From contig NC_068998.1 in NCBI RefSeq assembly GCF_001194135.2, positions 53,035,388 through 53,099,387 on the forward strand: 64,000 nucleotides of DNA. Direction: 5' to 3'. The notes under the pieces are model-generated. The model saw only the letters and a list, made by a program, of their open reading frames with translations, had not been told where the DNA came from and did no database searches. Made by a program: the position numbers and the translations under genes. Below, piece by piece: positions 1-12,535 of the stretch (position 1 is its first letter; each line of letters begins with the position of its first letter). Source of the DNA: Octopus bimaculoides. Its lineage: Eukaryota.

Positions 1-429
1 CAGAGGACGATGAAATGTTGTAAACGGAAAAGCTTTGATCATCAGGTTTACAAGATCAGGGTTGACTTACGGCTAAAGAACAACGCGGTGAGGTCAATGG
101 CATAACAGAATATTTTAAGAGCACAGACGTTACATCGTTGTTAAAAGAAAAAAAAAACATAAATCGTAACAAGCTAGGAAAATACTAGAATTTTATTTTC
201 TACCGAATGTTTGTGAGAAGGCAGCTAATTAGGGCAATAAACACATGAAGAGATTTCTATTCATACAAACATAGGACTACAACTATAAGTTAATGAATAT
301 GTTATAAAGTCTATGAACCATATATAATTCGTGATGTAAGTTGGATGGAATTACACTATTCTTTGTAGACACAAGATTAAACTTTTGCTGATATATTTAT
401 ATAGATGTGAGAATAGCTTTGTGGTTTAT

Positions 430-813
430 AAGACAGGCTTGCACACACGTTATTTCTGATTCCGTGTTGTACCTTGGGTAATTGTTTTTACTACAGCACC
501 AAACCAATGTCTTGTGTGTGTACTTGATAGACGGAAATGCTGTGGGTGCACGACACACAGAGACACACATATGTGTGTGTTCCTGTCTGTTTGTGTGTGT
601 GTGTGTTAGTATTAGAGGTGTTCATCATCCACCGTTTGACAACTAGTGTTAATGTGTTTACTTCTCAATAACATAGCGGTTCGGCAAAAGAGTCGATAAC
701 TTAGCTACCAGACTAAAAAGTCGATTACGTGCTACAGGCTGATTTCGACGTCGACACTTTTCTAGGCGGTGTCCAATATGGCTGCATGTCAATGGCTGAA
801 AGAAATAAAAGAA
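430..813 (+). mobile_element. SINE family B (tRNA head, internal (TG)n, ..CATGGC.GCAGTCAA.TG.CTGAAA tail), diverged
   Basis: CCTTGGGTAA..TACTACAGC, internal (TG)n 590-605, CCACCGTTTGACAAC, AGCGGTTCGGCAAAAGAG, tail ATGGCTGCATGTCAATGGCTGAAAGAAATAAAAGAA; segments are shared with 50470, 30825 and 17060. Confidence 0.75.
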
Positions 814-2460
814 CGAAACTTAGATCAGGTTTCTTTTACTGAACGAAAGAGAATTACTATCTAATGACCTTGTTTGAGAAGATAATCCACGTTGGTTGAA
901 GTTTAACATATTTTTCTATTTTGTGGTGAATGTAAGTTGAGTAAAATGTAAAAACGAATATGATACAAGTTAGTTGTGTTGTAAGCTTCTCTGAGAGTTT
1001 AATATCTTGAGACTGGAGTTTTAAATTGATGTTTATATTGACCACAGATACTCTGTATATTAATAGAGATGGTTGATCTTATCATGATGGTTAATGATAA
1101 TGATAAATAATGTAATAAATATCGTAGATTTTTCTTTCTATTTTGTGCAAGTTCAATTTTATATATTAATGGCTTTTGTATCGAATAGATAATAATCATA
1201 TTTATGACATTATGACACTAACATCTATCACACACACATAAAAACACTCGCAAGCGGACACTAATATACACATCCACTCAAATATAAACTAATAAGCTAT
1301 TTATTTTTCACTACCGTCAAATCAACACTGTCAAATATTCAAATAGTGCTGCAATGTTTCAAGATTTCCAGCCAATGTCGTATCCGCACCTAGCGACATA
1401 TCACTCCACCTCGCTCACTCGACCAGAATTATCACGGGGACATTTTTTACTTCTCTTAATGATGACGTTCTGAGAATCACATTAACTCCATTCAAACATA
1501 TATTTACATAAACCTATCTGCTTCTCTTTCTCTCCCTCCTTACTGATTCATTACAAGTCACGTCTATTGTTAATACTGTCTATTCCACCCGCCACCACAA
1601 CCAAAATCACCTCAAACACAGAATCAATTTTCATGTTCATCGATACAACTATTCTTATATTTTTTCGTATTTCAGTTTGAATATATAAAATTAATGATTC
1701 CTGTTCGTTACTAAGGATACAAGGAGTAAAGTTATTTTTAAGGCTTACATTTGAAGCTGTTATACGGATTTAGTTCAAGCACTCACAAAATTAAAGAAAA
1801 CAGGATGATTTTAGTTATCGTAATGATAATGAACATATTCAATGACATAATTTCCAACAATGAATTTTTGGTGTTAGTGACCAGGTCGCAGGCAGTGCGA
1901 CTAAAATTTACACATCAAGAAAACACGCTTTAAGTAAAGTTAATGGATTCTATGTGTTTCCGAAAGGCTAGTGTGTGTCTTTTAAGCTGTAATTGGGTCA
2001 AGTTAAACACACCATGTCAGATAAAATCATTCACCAAACAAGTAGATCTCAAAAGTTTAACATAATGTTTAGCGGATAATTGAAATTTTCTTTATTTTCC
2101 TTCTGTAAAAATTTGTGTCAGAAATTTACATTAGACTAAGCCGAAGGATGAAAAGCAAAATGTGTTGTTTTGGGGAGTCCAAATCCCCATGGCAATTAAT
2201 TATTGCAAGAGATGTTTTCCGACACTTTATCAACATGACCGTTTGCATCACGTTAACAATTTCATCGAGAATTGAGCGGAGAGAAATTTTGGAGGAGGCG
2301 GGAAACAATCAATCAAATCGTTCTAGAAATAGCACTCCCTTTTTATCGACACCGGAAAGACGAGTAAACAAAATTGAAACTAGAAATGAGATACTAAGCA
2401 AAAGTCACTCAACGGATTTTTTCTCAGACTCTAACAATTCTGCCGTCTCATCATTAATGA

Positions 2461-2645
2461 ATATTGGTTTCAGATTTTGGCACAAGGCCAGCACTTTCGG
2501 TGAGGGGGGTGTGGAGGTGGGGGTGGGTGTATGTTGGGGAAGGTGGGGGTAAGTCGATTACATCGATGCCAGTCTTCAGCTGGTGCTTATCGTATAGTCG
2601 GAAATGATGAAAGGCGAAGTCGCTTTAAACCAAGATCTTGAGTTT
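2461..2645 (-). mobile_element. SINE family A copy
   Basis: GGTTTCAGATTTTGGCACAAGGCC..GTCGATTACATCGA..ATGAAAGGCGAAGTCG is the reverse complement of the family A 3' two-thirds. Confidence 0.8.
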
Positions 2646-2699
2646 AACAGCAGTAATTCACTTCCTTCAAATAAACAGAATACATTTCCCAGATCGCAT

Positions 2700-2762
2700 A
2701 ATTTCGGGATCGATAAAATAAGTACCAGTTGAACATTGGGGCCAATGCAATCGACTTATACC
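2700..2762 (+). mobile_element. SINE family A fragment abutting the PLE 5' truncation point
   Basis: TTCGGGATCGATAAAATAAGTACCAGTTGAACATTGGGGCCAATGCAATCGAC aligns with 6281-6325. Confidence 0.75.
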
Positions 2763-2763
2763 A

Positions 2764-3187
2764 TATGACATCAGGACAGTATTCAAGAGCAAATACAACA
2801 CTTCGCAAATATCTCCGAGTAAAACAACCAATGGAAGAGAATGCGGTCAAAGAGTGCGTGTACTCTAACCCATCCAGCTGTAGTAGGTTATACAAAGGTG
2901 AAACGGGTCGTCCCCTCAAAATAAGTGTAGACGAACATCGAAAAGCAGTGACACAAGGAGATATTGATAAATATCTCCTTATTGATGATCATGTATGGAA
3001 AAATGGAGACCACCTCCCCCTGTGGGATGAAGTTAAAATAATAGGCAAAGAATACCACTGGAAAATACGAAAACTAAAAGAAGTAGCACATATGCTAGGT
3101 CACAACAACATCCTAAGCAGACCGAGTGCAGATATGAGTAGCATATGGGAACCGGTATTAAAGAAGGATAGGAAAATATTAGATTAA
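2764..3187 (+). pseudogene. GIY-YIG endonuclease domain of PLE, frameshifted and lacking RT
   Basis: ORF 2729-3187. Its first ~12 codons are SINE-derived. One extra A in AAA at 2791-2793 separates YDIRTVFKS from NTTLRKYL. Stop TAA at 3185-3187. Confidence 0.85.
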
Positions 3188-3221
3188 TAAGCCCTAAAAT
3201 ACACTCCATAATTGCCCACGA

Positions 3222-3290
3222 TCATATGCCGTAGTGCTTAAGAGCGCGGGCTACTAACCCTAAGATTCCGAGTTCGATTCCAAGCAGTGG
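3222..3290 (+). promoter_or_regulatory. tRNA-Ser(GCT)-like segment with Pol III A and B boxes inside the PLE 3' region
   Basis: A-box-like TGCCGTAGTGC 3227-3237; anticodon-arm-like GGG-CTACTAA-CCC 3248-3260 (canonical CT-NNN-AA loop, ACT at 3253-3255); B-box GTTCGATTCC 3272-3281; (AAT)5 at 3298-3312. Resembles eukaryotic tRNA-Ser GCCGAGTGGTTAAGGCG..GGACTGCTAATCC but has no long variable arm or intact acceptor stem, so it is not a functional tRNA. Confidence 0.75.
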
Positions 3291-3364
3291 CCAGAACAAT
3301 AATAATAATAATATCGAAAAATACCTTAGGAATGAGAGAGAAGCCAGGTTCGAAATCTCCCCAA

Positions 3365-3410
3365 GACAACTGAAGAAGGCTGGAGGGTATATCAGCCGAA
3401 ACGTTGTTTT
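3365..3410 (+). ncRNA. Minimal type I hammerhead ribozyme (PLE-type), stem I degenerate in this copy
   Basis: CTGAAGA 3370-3376, A, stem II GGCTG 3378-3382 / CAGCC 3393-3397, GAAAC 3398-3402, GTT 3403-3405; palindromic AACGTT stem III. Stem I (ACAA vs GTTT) has two mismatches. Confidence 0.75.
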
Positions 3411-3480
3411 AACAGCAAACAAGATGAGGACAAATATCCATCGGATGTAAATAATGACTAAAAAAGTTTATATGATTCAA

Positions 3481-3535
3481 CGAGTGAACCTACACGCTAG
3501 AAATAGCAGCCAAATGTCTCTCAAATCACACGAAA
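3481..3535 (+). mobile_element. SINE family D core motif GCTAGAAATAGCAGCCAAAT
   Basis: Motif at 3496-3515 recurs at 24306-24325 (+), 6601-6620 (-) and more weakly at 6406-6422 (-) and 2322-2333 (+). Confidence 0.6.
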
Positions 3536-5530
3536 GCATATCAGACTAAAATAAAGACTAAAATGCATATTACATGTAATGTCGTGAATATACATTTACA
3601 AAATGGAAACGGATTGAACGCTAGATCAGGGCTATCAAGCGACGACGTTTACAACAATAACAATTTTAATTTTCCCAGCATGAAACGTCCAGAAACATAA
3701 TTATTCATTGACATTTAGAAGAAGTGTGAAGATAATTACATGTCCTTTTTATTTTTCCCAAAGTAGACAAACGCTATTAACTAAAACAGTATTACGTCTG
3801 AATCGCATCTCTGTCTAGAACAATATTTCCCCAGTACTATATGGAATGCATGAGAAAAATGTATAACCATGATGCTTAATGAATGTACCACAAATGTCAT
3901 CTGCAGCATTTTTTCTTCATGAAATCTTCCGAGATAATTGCATTATTCCAAACATATATTCACTTAAGATATTCAGATTACCTTAGTTTGTTGTGAATGG
4001 TTACTTAGAGAGTTTGATGTTAGTTATTTGCATACATTACCATATCACTTTCTAGATTGGCATATATAACCTCAGGGTGTACAATTTTCGCAGCAGGTGA
4101 AAATATTATCTAGTAAATGTGTTAAGTCGGAAAGTAATGCAAAAAAACTAGTTCTCTTGGTTTGAGACATATATACGTTTAGTATTTTTGATAATAGGAA
4201 TAATTTGAATAAAGGAAACTAATGTTATATATCACAGCTACATTACATTCTTGCTGATGTAATTTCAGTTAAATCTTACTGTTTTTCTTTGCTCGATGAC
4301 CGACGTCTGCACTCTTTTATTTCCACGTTTGTCTCATCAGAGTAAATTACCATAAGGCATCACTGTATCGCGCTTATTAAATGTAGCAAATTACTGGCCT
4401 CGCATTCCTCTATAATTTAATTGAGTGCGTGATTGTAAGCTACTGATAGATTCACTATTAGTCATGGTGGAGGCCTCTTAGGTTTGGAAGCATGCTATTC
4501 TATTTAACAGTTATGCCGTATGCAGACTGAAAGAAGAAAAACCCAATCATTTCAGATACTCATACACAATCATGTAATGTTTAATGAGAAAGTGGATCCA
4601 AAATCTCGTTTCTAAAACATCAATTTTGGAGTCTATAACCACTTGTATAAATCTCAGTTTCTGAACAGTACTCCATTATTTTCTCATTAGCAGAGCTGAG
4701 TCTCTCATTTAAAATCTCATATTCAATGAATCGTATGAAACGTAATATAAACTGAATTCATTCGTCATATTTCACTGAATTTCCAAATTGATAAACCCCT
4801 TGAGCAAGATGTGAGCATCAATTTGAAATTATTTTAGAATCTGTGTAAAGGTACAATAGATTCCGGGTTATATTCAATTGAAAAGCGCCCAGTGAAATTG
4901 TTTGCAATATTTAGGAAAATTACAGTTAAATTAATTAACATTTACATAAGGGTAATTACGATAATTGCAGCCGATCGATAGATCACCAGAGATTAAATTC
5001 GTGCGCATTTCCGACGAGCAAAGCATAACCTAGTTATATGACGTGAATTGCCGGCCATGAACCACCGACTCTGTCGTTTGCATTCCGCCATTCATAAAGA
5101 TCAAATTTTTGGCAAATATATTTATTGGCTCAAAAAATAAATTATTCAACAACCACGCATAATAAAGTGAATTAAAAATTAATTTTATTTTGGATAATAC
5201 AACTGAGTACGTTATACGTATTTACATAATCAGTTGCGTTTATCAACATTGGATTCGATAACAAAATTAAGTAAATTTGATACACGATCCAGCTATTAGT
5301 AAAATCAACAAAATCAATCGTAATATGTTTGTACGTTAACAACATTAAATTAAACGCAGCAGGCTCCGAAAACCTGTTTTAACATAGTAAGTTAGCAAAT
5401 ATTTATTTTTGTTGGTCATTAATTATATTTTCGAATGACGTCAATATTTTAATTTAAGCACATTTTAAACTGTAAACGATGCGTGATCAGATTTCTGTTA
5501 AAATAATACATAAATTTTGTGATAGCGTTA

Positions 5531-5668
5531 CATTTTGGAACTGGGGCAGGAGATTTTGAGGAGAGTGGTGTAAGCCGATTATATTGATGCCAGTGTTTAA
5601 CTGGCACTTATTTTATCAACCGCGAAAGGATGAAAGACAAAGTCGACCTCTATGGATTTGAACTCGGA
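5531..5668 (-). mobile_element. SINE family A copy
   Basis: AACTGGCACTTATTTTATCAACCGCGAAAGGATGAAAGACAAAGTCGACCTC..TTTGAACTC is the reverse complement of the family A core. Confidence 0.82.
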
Positions 5669-6167
5669 GGACTGAAATGCAGTCGTAATATATATAACGT
5701 CAAAAAACTTATAATCAATTGGAGTCTTTCAATACAACAAATAATACCTGGTAACATGCTGAATTGGAAGGTCACTGATTTAGTTTCGATTCCAGAGTGA
5801 AAATATTCAATGTTAAATACTTTTTTTTTAATCCTAAAATCAGGAGGATTATCAGTGAAACAGATTACTACTCCTTATGATTTTCAACAGCATAAAACAA
5901 ATATCAACACACAAAAATGATACGTGAAGCATTTCCCAAATATAAGGAATGTACTAAAACCTACATTCTTGAGGGAAAATAAACAACTTTATGGAAAGTA
6001 ATAGTTTTATAAGTCACATTATTAGGGTAGTAGTAGTGGTGGTGGTGAGAGTAGTAGTAGCAGTAGTATCTTTAAGTTGCACATATATATATATTTACAT
6101 CCGTGTTTTTTTAGGGATAGAAATACATTGTCGATTACGTCTCTTTCTTATTATTTGATACTTGAGA

Positions 6168-6385
6168 AGGCGGCGAGCTGGCAGAAGTGTTAGCACGCCG
6201 GACGAAATGCTTGGCGGTATTTCGTCTGTCTTTATGTTCTGAGTTCAAATTCCACCGATGTTGACTTTGCCTTTCATCCTTTCGAGGTCGATAAATTAAG
6301 TACCAGTTGCATATAGGGGTCGATCTAATCGACTGATCCTCCTCCCCGATAATTTTCGAGCTTTGTGCCTTGAGTAAAAAATATT
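6168..6385 (+). mobile_element. tRNA-derived SINE family A, best-preserved copy
   Basis: Head GGCGGCGAGCTGGCAG, B-box-like GAGTTCAAATTCC, body CTTTGCCTTTCATCCTTTCGAGGTCGATAAATTAAGTACCAGTT shared with many copies in this window. Confidence 0.88.
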
Positions 6386-7617
6386 TGATACGTAAGATGA
6401 TAATCTGGCTGCGATTTCTAACAGGTTAATCGACATACAAATTTGCTTACTGTATTTTAATCACACTTGAGTTCCAATCGAATAGTTCTATCAGAAAAAA
6501 GTTCCAGATAGCAATATTTCATATTTTTGTAATATCAGGTATTATTGTCGAGTGAATCTATTATGCCTTTATGTAAAATATATAATGTAACGCTGGGGAG
6601 GTAGCTGTTATTTCTAGCTGACCAAATGACCAAAATCGAGGCTACTCGATATGTATTAACGTTAAGTATTGGACAGCGACACAGGTGGAAAGAAAATCTC
6701 CTCACTCTCTTTCTCTCTGTTTATCCAGACTGGTGGGTGAATGGTACGAAGAAATGCTGTGATCTCTGTGTTAACAGCCAAAGACAAAGCTTTTGTTAAT
6801 TATGTAGATATAATTACAATGATCTCACAATGAGGGCAAAAACCTAGATGTAGCTGCAATAATTTGACCATAACGTTTAATTTATCAGGCTAAAGGAATG
6901 GATTACAACTATACTGAATACAATTATTGACACAGATTATCCTCACTGAAAAAGATATTGATAAATATGTAATTACATGTAGCCCAATCTTTTAATTAAA
7001 ACTATACATATAATTAAATCTATATTATATATACAATATAAATACGTCCATATACATATAGCTATATCTATATCTTTATATATCTATCTATTTATCTATA
7101 TATATATATATATATATATNNNNNNNNNNNNNNNNNNNNNNNNNNNNNNNNNNNNNNNNNNNNNNNNNNNNNNNNNNNNNNNNNNNNNNNNNNNNNNNNN
7201 NNNNNNNNNNNNNNNNNNNNNNNNNNNNNNNNNNNNNNNNNNNNNNNNNNNNNNNNNNNNNNNNNNNNNNNNNNNNNNNNNNNNNNNNNNNNNNNNNNNN
7301 NNNNNNNNNNNNNNNNNNNNNNNNNNNNNNNNNNNNNNNNNNNNNNNNNNNNNNNNNNNNNNNNNNNNNNNNNNNNNNNNNNNNNNNNNNNNNNNNNNNN
7401 NNNNNNNNNNNNNNNNNNNNNNNNNNNNNNNNNNNNNNNNNNNNNNNNNNNNTATAGACATTTCGTTTATATACTGACGTGTCAAAATTTTAAACACTTT
7501 TAAAATTAATTCCTTTCCAGATATATTATGAAAACTAGTTTTATTTAAGCATCTATCTATCAATCTATCTACCTACCCACTTATTTATCTCTCTCTTTCT
7601 CTGTCTCTCTCTCTATT

Positions 7618-7705
<88 letters not shown>

Positions 7706-7870
7706 CGGCAAAAGAGGACAATGTACAGTCATTGATATTATGCACTAGAATACATTTCCTTCATGAAATATACACTTGAGATTATTGCCATATTGCCCTT
7801 TCCAGGGTTAGCTATAACTTAAAGGATTTACAAACATGTACATATATATAGACATAAACTATATCATGTA

Positions 7871-7980
7871 ACTTACCGGTTCGACAAACGAAACCGACAG
7901 AATGAGTACCAGGCCTCCAAAATCCATCCTGAGGTCGATTCGTCCTACTAATTCCTTCAATGACTGAAACAAGAAAAATA
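7871..7980 (+). mobile_element. SINE family B 3' fragment
   Basis: CCGGTTCGACAAACGAAACCGACAGAATGAGTACCAGGC..AGGTCGATT..AATGACTGAAACAAG. Confidence 0.7.
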
Positions 7981-9823
7981 TTTTAAAAATAATAATAAAT
8001 AAACATAGATGGTTTACTTAAGAATACTTGAAAAACGACCAACCCCGATGAAGGGAAGGATGTCGTCAAATATGGAAGAGAATTCTCTACAAGTCACTTC
8101 ACTCTCTTCTATGGTTCTTTTCTTTCCTTTCATTGACGCATATCAAACTACTTATGTATGGTCAAACGATATCATTATATTCAGTTTGCTGCATATTCCT
8201 CACTTTACATGCGTTGGTTAACTCCTAAATCGTATTGCTCAGTTTATGAACATTTATCTCGTTGTTCTAATTACAAAAAAGAGTGATGTACACACTTACT
8301 CGCAAACGCGTGTGCGCATTCTCACACTAACACGTACGCAGAGTCATATCAATACACACACTTATGTACGTATAGTATAAAGTGAATCTTTCTTGGTAAA
8401 CAGCCAATTTTAGCTTCGCTGAATCAATATATCGAAACGGTAAACAACATTCTTATTCTTATACCAGTAGAAAAAAAATGTGATTTTTCTGATGCATTTT
8501 TAGTTTTCTTAAGTGAAAGAAAAGGAAAAAAGTAAACCAATAAGCCAACGAATACATATCCTTCATCCATAGACAAATAAGCAGTTGCAGCTATTTATAG
8601 CCTATATGTCTATGGCTATATATTTTATGTCTAAGAGTAGCACCTAAACTCAAGCAGAGAATTTACAAGCGTTGAAAACCTGGCTAATACAGGTAAATAC
8701 ATAGATTTGTCATTAGGAAACTCGTTTCGCAAAGACGTGGTATCATGTCCAGCGCCTCTGCACGCTACTATAGGACAAAATATTCACCAAACTTAAAAAA
8801 AAAAAAACTTGATAGATTAGACTCATTAACAGCAAAATAATCCTATATAGCCATGAAAGACCCTTAAAACCAGCTGCAATAGTAATCGATCTCTCAGACT
8901 TAGAAACACTTCATTATTATTATTCAAAAAATCCTAGTCAGATTCTCACCAAAAGTAAAATCAGACTCCACAGTATCGTGGTGACCAACAATATTTGTAA
9001 CCATCGAAATTAATTTCTAAACATCAAAGCATAATACAAACAAATATCCATAGTAAAGGGACTATTGCATGGTTGACTGATAGTCTTCACCTTCCCAATA
9101 TAAGAACGGTAAGAAGCCTGCAGACCAACTAAAGCTCATCGCCTACTTACATTCTTTTGTGACCCATTACCTAAATTAGCACACGTCGTCACAAACGTGT
9201 AAATGATAAAATGAGGCACCTCAATATACAGACGTGATTACAACGTTCTACATGCATGGAAAAAATACTGATCAATAACACAACACACAATTTCAACGGT
9301 AAAAATATTCCATAACAAATTTACAACCACAATTCAGCCTACAACATAATTATCATTCAAGTGAGCTCAGCTTACTCAAGAAAACTTAACAAAGATAATA
9401 TAAGGCAAGAAGAACACAAATTTACTAATATATACGTATGTGTGTGTGTGTGTCTGTGTGTGTGTGCGTGTATACACGAATTATATTTATCCACCACAAC
9501 GGTTGCCTTTAGTCAAGATAAAATAAGTTACAAGTACGTCTTCGGCCTTCTGAGAAATTTGGAACAGGTGTAATCAAACATTGTCATATTTTTCACACAA
9601 ATATAAGTAAAGGATTAAAAGATTGATTCCTTTGTGCGAAGAAGAATCTAATATAATTTCAATTTAGTTAACGTTGCACTGCGTAGGCTTCCAGCGCTGT
9701 AATTACTTTTAATTCATCAATCTATCCATTTATCCCTTTGTCTGCCTGCCTGCCTGTTTGTCTGTACATATACATACTCTATAAGTACATATATACGTGT
9801 GTACATATATACTCTATACATAC

Positions 9824-9867
<44 letters not shown>

Positions 9868-10155
9868 NNNNNNNNNNNNNNNNNNNNNNNNNNNNNNNNN
9901 NNNNNNNNNNNNNNNNNNNNNNNNNNNNNNNNNNNNNNNNNNNNNNNNNNNNNNNNNNNNNNNNNNNNNNNNNNNNNNNNNNNNNNNNNNNNNNNNNNNN
10001 NNNNNNNNNNNNNNNNNNNNNNNNNNNNNNNNNNNNNNNNNNNNNNNNNNNNNNNNNNNNNNNNNNNNNNNNNNNNNNNNNNNNNNNNNNNNNNNNNNNN
10101 NNNNNNNNNNNNNNNNNNNNNNNNNNNNNNNNNNNNNNNNNNNNNNNNNNNNNNN

Positions 10156-10191
<36 letters not shown>

Positions 10192-10249
10192 CGATTTTAT
10201 CTTTGAATTTATGACAAAAGAAAAAAAAGTGGTATAAAATAAATTACAA

Positions 10250-10930
10250 TTGGTACATCCATGCCATTCAAATGGCAGTAGTGACGTAAGTAAAATGTTT
10301 CTAATTGCGAATCAATATTGGTTCACAATCGATCAAACAGAAATGTCGCTTAGAGGCGAACACATAAAGATTTTGTATTGATCACGCACAAAGCCACTTT
10401 TTATGTAGAGGGCGGATTATAGGTCATCTAATCGAGCGCAGAATATTTCGTATTACTTATATATGGATGTAATTTCTGACTTGTCTATTGCTAGAAACAA
10501 CAGTTAATTCTTTGTCAAAATATGCCACCCTCTGTTAAACACGGAATGACTAATGGCAGGATGTATTCCTCGAATGGAAAACTTAAAAATCATAGCAAGA
10601 TTGTCATTAGAAAGTATTTTTTAATAGCTCTACAAAAATATGACTGCTGTGGCGTATAATCTTTTCTGAGGCTCATACGATTTCGAAATATCAAAATTCC
10701 TCCAGCATATCTTGGGCCGAAAAATGAGAAATAATATACTGACCTCCAGCAAATTGTATATTTACACATTGCAATGAAGAGTAAGCTTTATTCCTCAACT
10801 CTTTATTCCTCAACTGCTGCTCTGCATCGACTGTTGTTGCTCTTGATCGTTTTGGTCTCGAGTGCAACTCATGTTCTTTAGGCATGAAGTAGATGTCTAA
10901 ACTTTGCATTCATACAAATAATACAAATAA
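10250..10930 (-). mobile_element. Highly decayed Tc1-like transposase relic
   Basis: Minus-strand fragments in Tc1 order: RPKRSRATT (~10870), FEEYILPLVIPCLTEGGIF*Q (10574-10512, cf. LE..LLP......IFQQDN), LYVFASKRHF (~10369-10340). Contains a 15-bp tandem duplication CTTTATTCCTCAACT at 10786-10815. Confidence 0.4.
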
Positions 10931-11020
10931 ACGACGAAGCTCAAAATGTTATATGGGTGTGTATTCAAGAAAGTTATAAAAAACTGGAAATATATATTTG
11001 TGTTTGTGTGAGTGCGTGTA

Positions 11021-11087
<67 letters not shown>

Positions 11088-11249
11088 TTGTATATCTATC
11101 TATCTATCTATCTATACATACATACATACGTATATACATACACACCTGCATACATATAGATTTATGTGTCCCTTTCTACTTTCGTATGGTTTTATTTCAA
11201 AATGAATTCGTGATGAGTGAGAAATTTTAGTGTAAATAACATAGTTTTT

Positions 11250-12100
11250 CAACATTTGTCGAAGGGTGTAACACTAATTTTGAACAAAAATGTATTCAGT
11301 GTCATTCGATCACTGGGGCTCAATTCTCCATTGGAAAAGTTACCTTCAGAAGTTTTCAATAGCATTTTGAAAATATATTTTGGCATCAACTTGTGAAATG
11401 GACGGACCATCTTTGTCAACAACATCAATTGATGGGAATCTCACAAAATTCCCTTCCTTATCATTTCTTTTTCACAAGGCTATATTTGTTTTGAAGGAGA
11501 TCATCTCTTTGCATGCAACATCTATATCTGAATTAATTCCTCGAAGCGAAATATTTGGTTCATTTAGTTCAAATGAGTGGATGTATAAGATAACCTTACC
11601 AATCTCTATACAACCTCAGGGAATTGTAAGAGGAATTAGCTCAAATCTTTATTTTTCAAGATGATGAAAACTTCAACTCGAAAGACCTCTATGAGATAAT
11701 CTCCGTATGTCTCTTCCGTAAATGACGACGCATGTGTTCAGAAAGCATGGCTTCTGAAAAGTTTCAAGCAAACGGATATTCGCATAACCTTTATACAACA
11801 TCAAAAGGCTCTTCTATATTTTATACACATCCCAACTATGGTTGAATCCTTAAAACGTACTCAATTAACCTTCCATGATTCAATGTAATTTCTAGCTCAT
11901 CCTGCACCATGTTTGATATATCAATGTTCGTCAAACTTTAATGGTTTCAGATCCATGGTCGAAAATATCGGCGAACATTAAGATATCTTGTTGCATTCTG
12001 TTACTTCTTTTTTTTGGTTGCACCAGTGAATCACAAACAACTCAAATCATCATTCTACTTTCTTTTATTCAATACGATCGCATCCCCGCCACCAAACATA
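11250..12100 (-). mobile_element. Decayed hAT transposase (Buster/Charlie-like)
   Basis: Minus strand 11573-11427 gives FELNEPNISLRGINSDIDVACKEMISFKTNIAL*KRNDKEGNFVRFPSI, matching the hAT block F..LN.LN.SLQG.N..I....I.AF..KL.LW..N...GNF..FP.L. Weaker upstream traces (HTE.., HGAG, MCIKYRRA) lie in the expected order. Boundaries are approximate. Confidence 0.72.
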
Positions 12101-12535
12101 TATAAAAAAAACTGGTGTTTTACTGCAACTCTTTTGTTAAAAATTTTAATTAAAAAAAAATTGAAATGTACTGCAGTGGGAATTGGTTGTAATAAATTGG
12201 ACCGAAAGTAAAATCCGGTTTGTTGTCCTTTTAAATGTTATATTGTGATCAAAATTAAGGAGAAAGAACACATTTTGTGTACAACTGTGTTGTATCATCT
12301 TTTTGCAGAGAGTTCAATAATGTTATGAAAAACATCCATTTCTCTTCACTCAATCACCGAAAAATAATTGACTTGCCGAATCTATCCCTGCCAAGTATAT
12401 CAATGCTAATGTAGTCCTACATATAGATCTGAAAGAAAAGGCAGAATGGTGAGTACTGGACAGTTCCTGAGCATTTGCTGCGCTGTGAAAGCCATTCAAG
12501 GAATGAAGGTTAAGCAATATTATATGATAAATGAG

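Larger units (their letters stand above)
2763..3460 (+). mobile_element. 5'-truncated Penelope-like element (PLE): GIY-YIG endonuclease relic plus 3' terminal (pLTR-like) region
   Basis: Translation YDIRTVFKS (2764, shifted frame) / NTTLRKYLRVKQPMEENAVKECVYSNPSSCSRLYKGETGRPLKISVDEHRK...HVWKNGDHLPLWDEVKIIGKEYHWKIRKLKEVAHM matches the PLE C-terminal GIY-YIG pattern VY-x-C-x-C-x-Y-x-GETGR-L-x-EH. It is followed by a hammerhead-like core, a known PLE hallmark. Confidence 0.88.

Noticed and set aside
11380-11664. 94-aa + strand ORF
   Set aside because: Antisense shadow of the hAT transposase relic.
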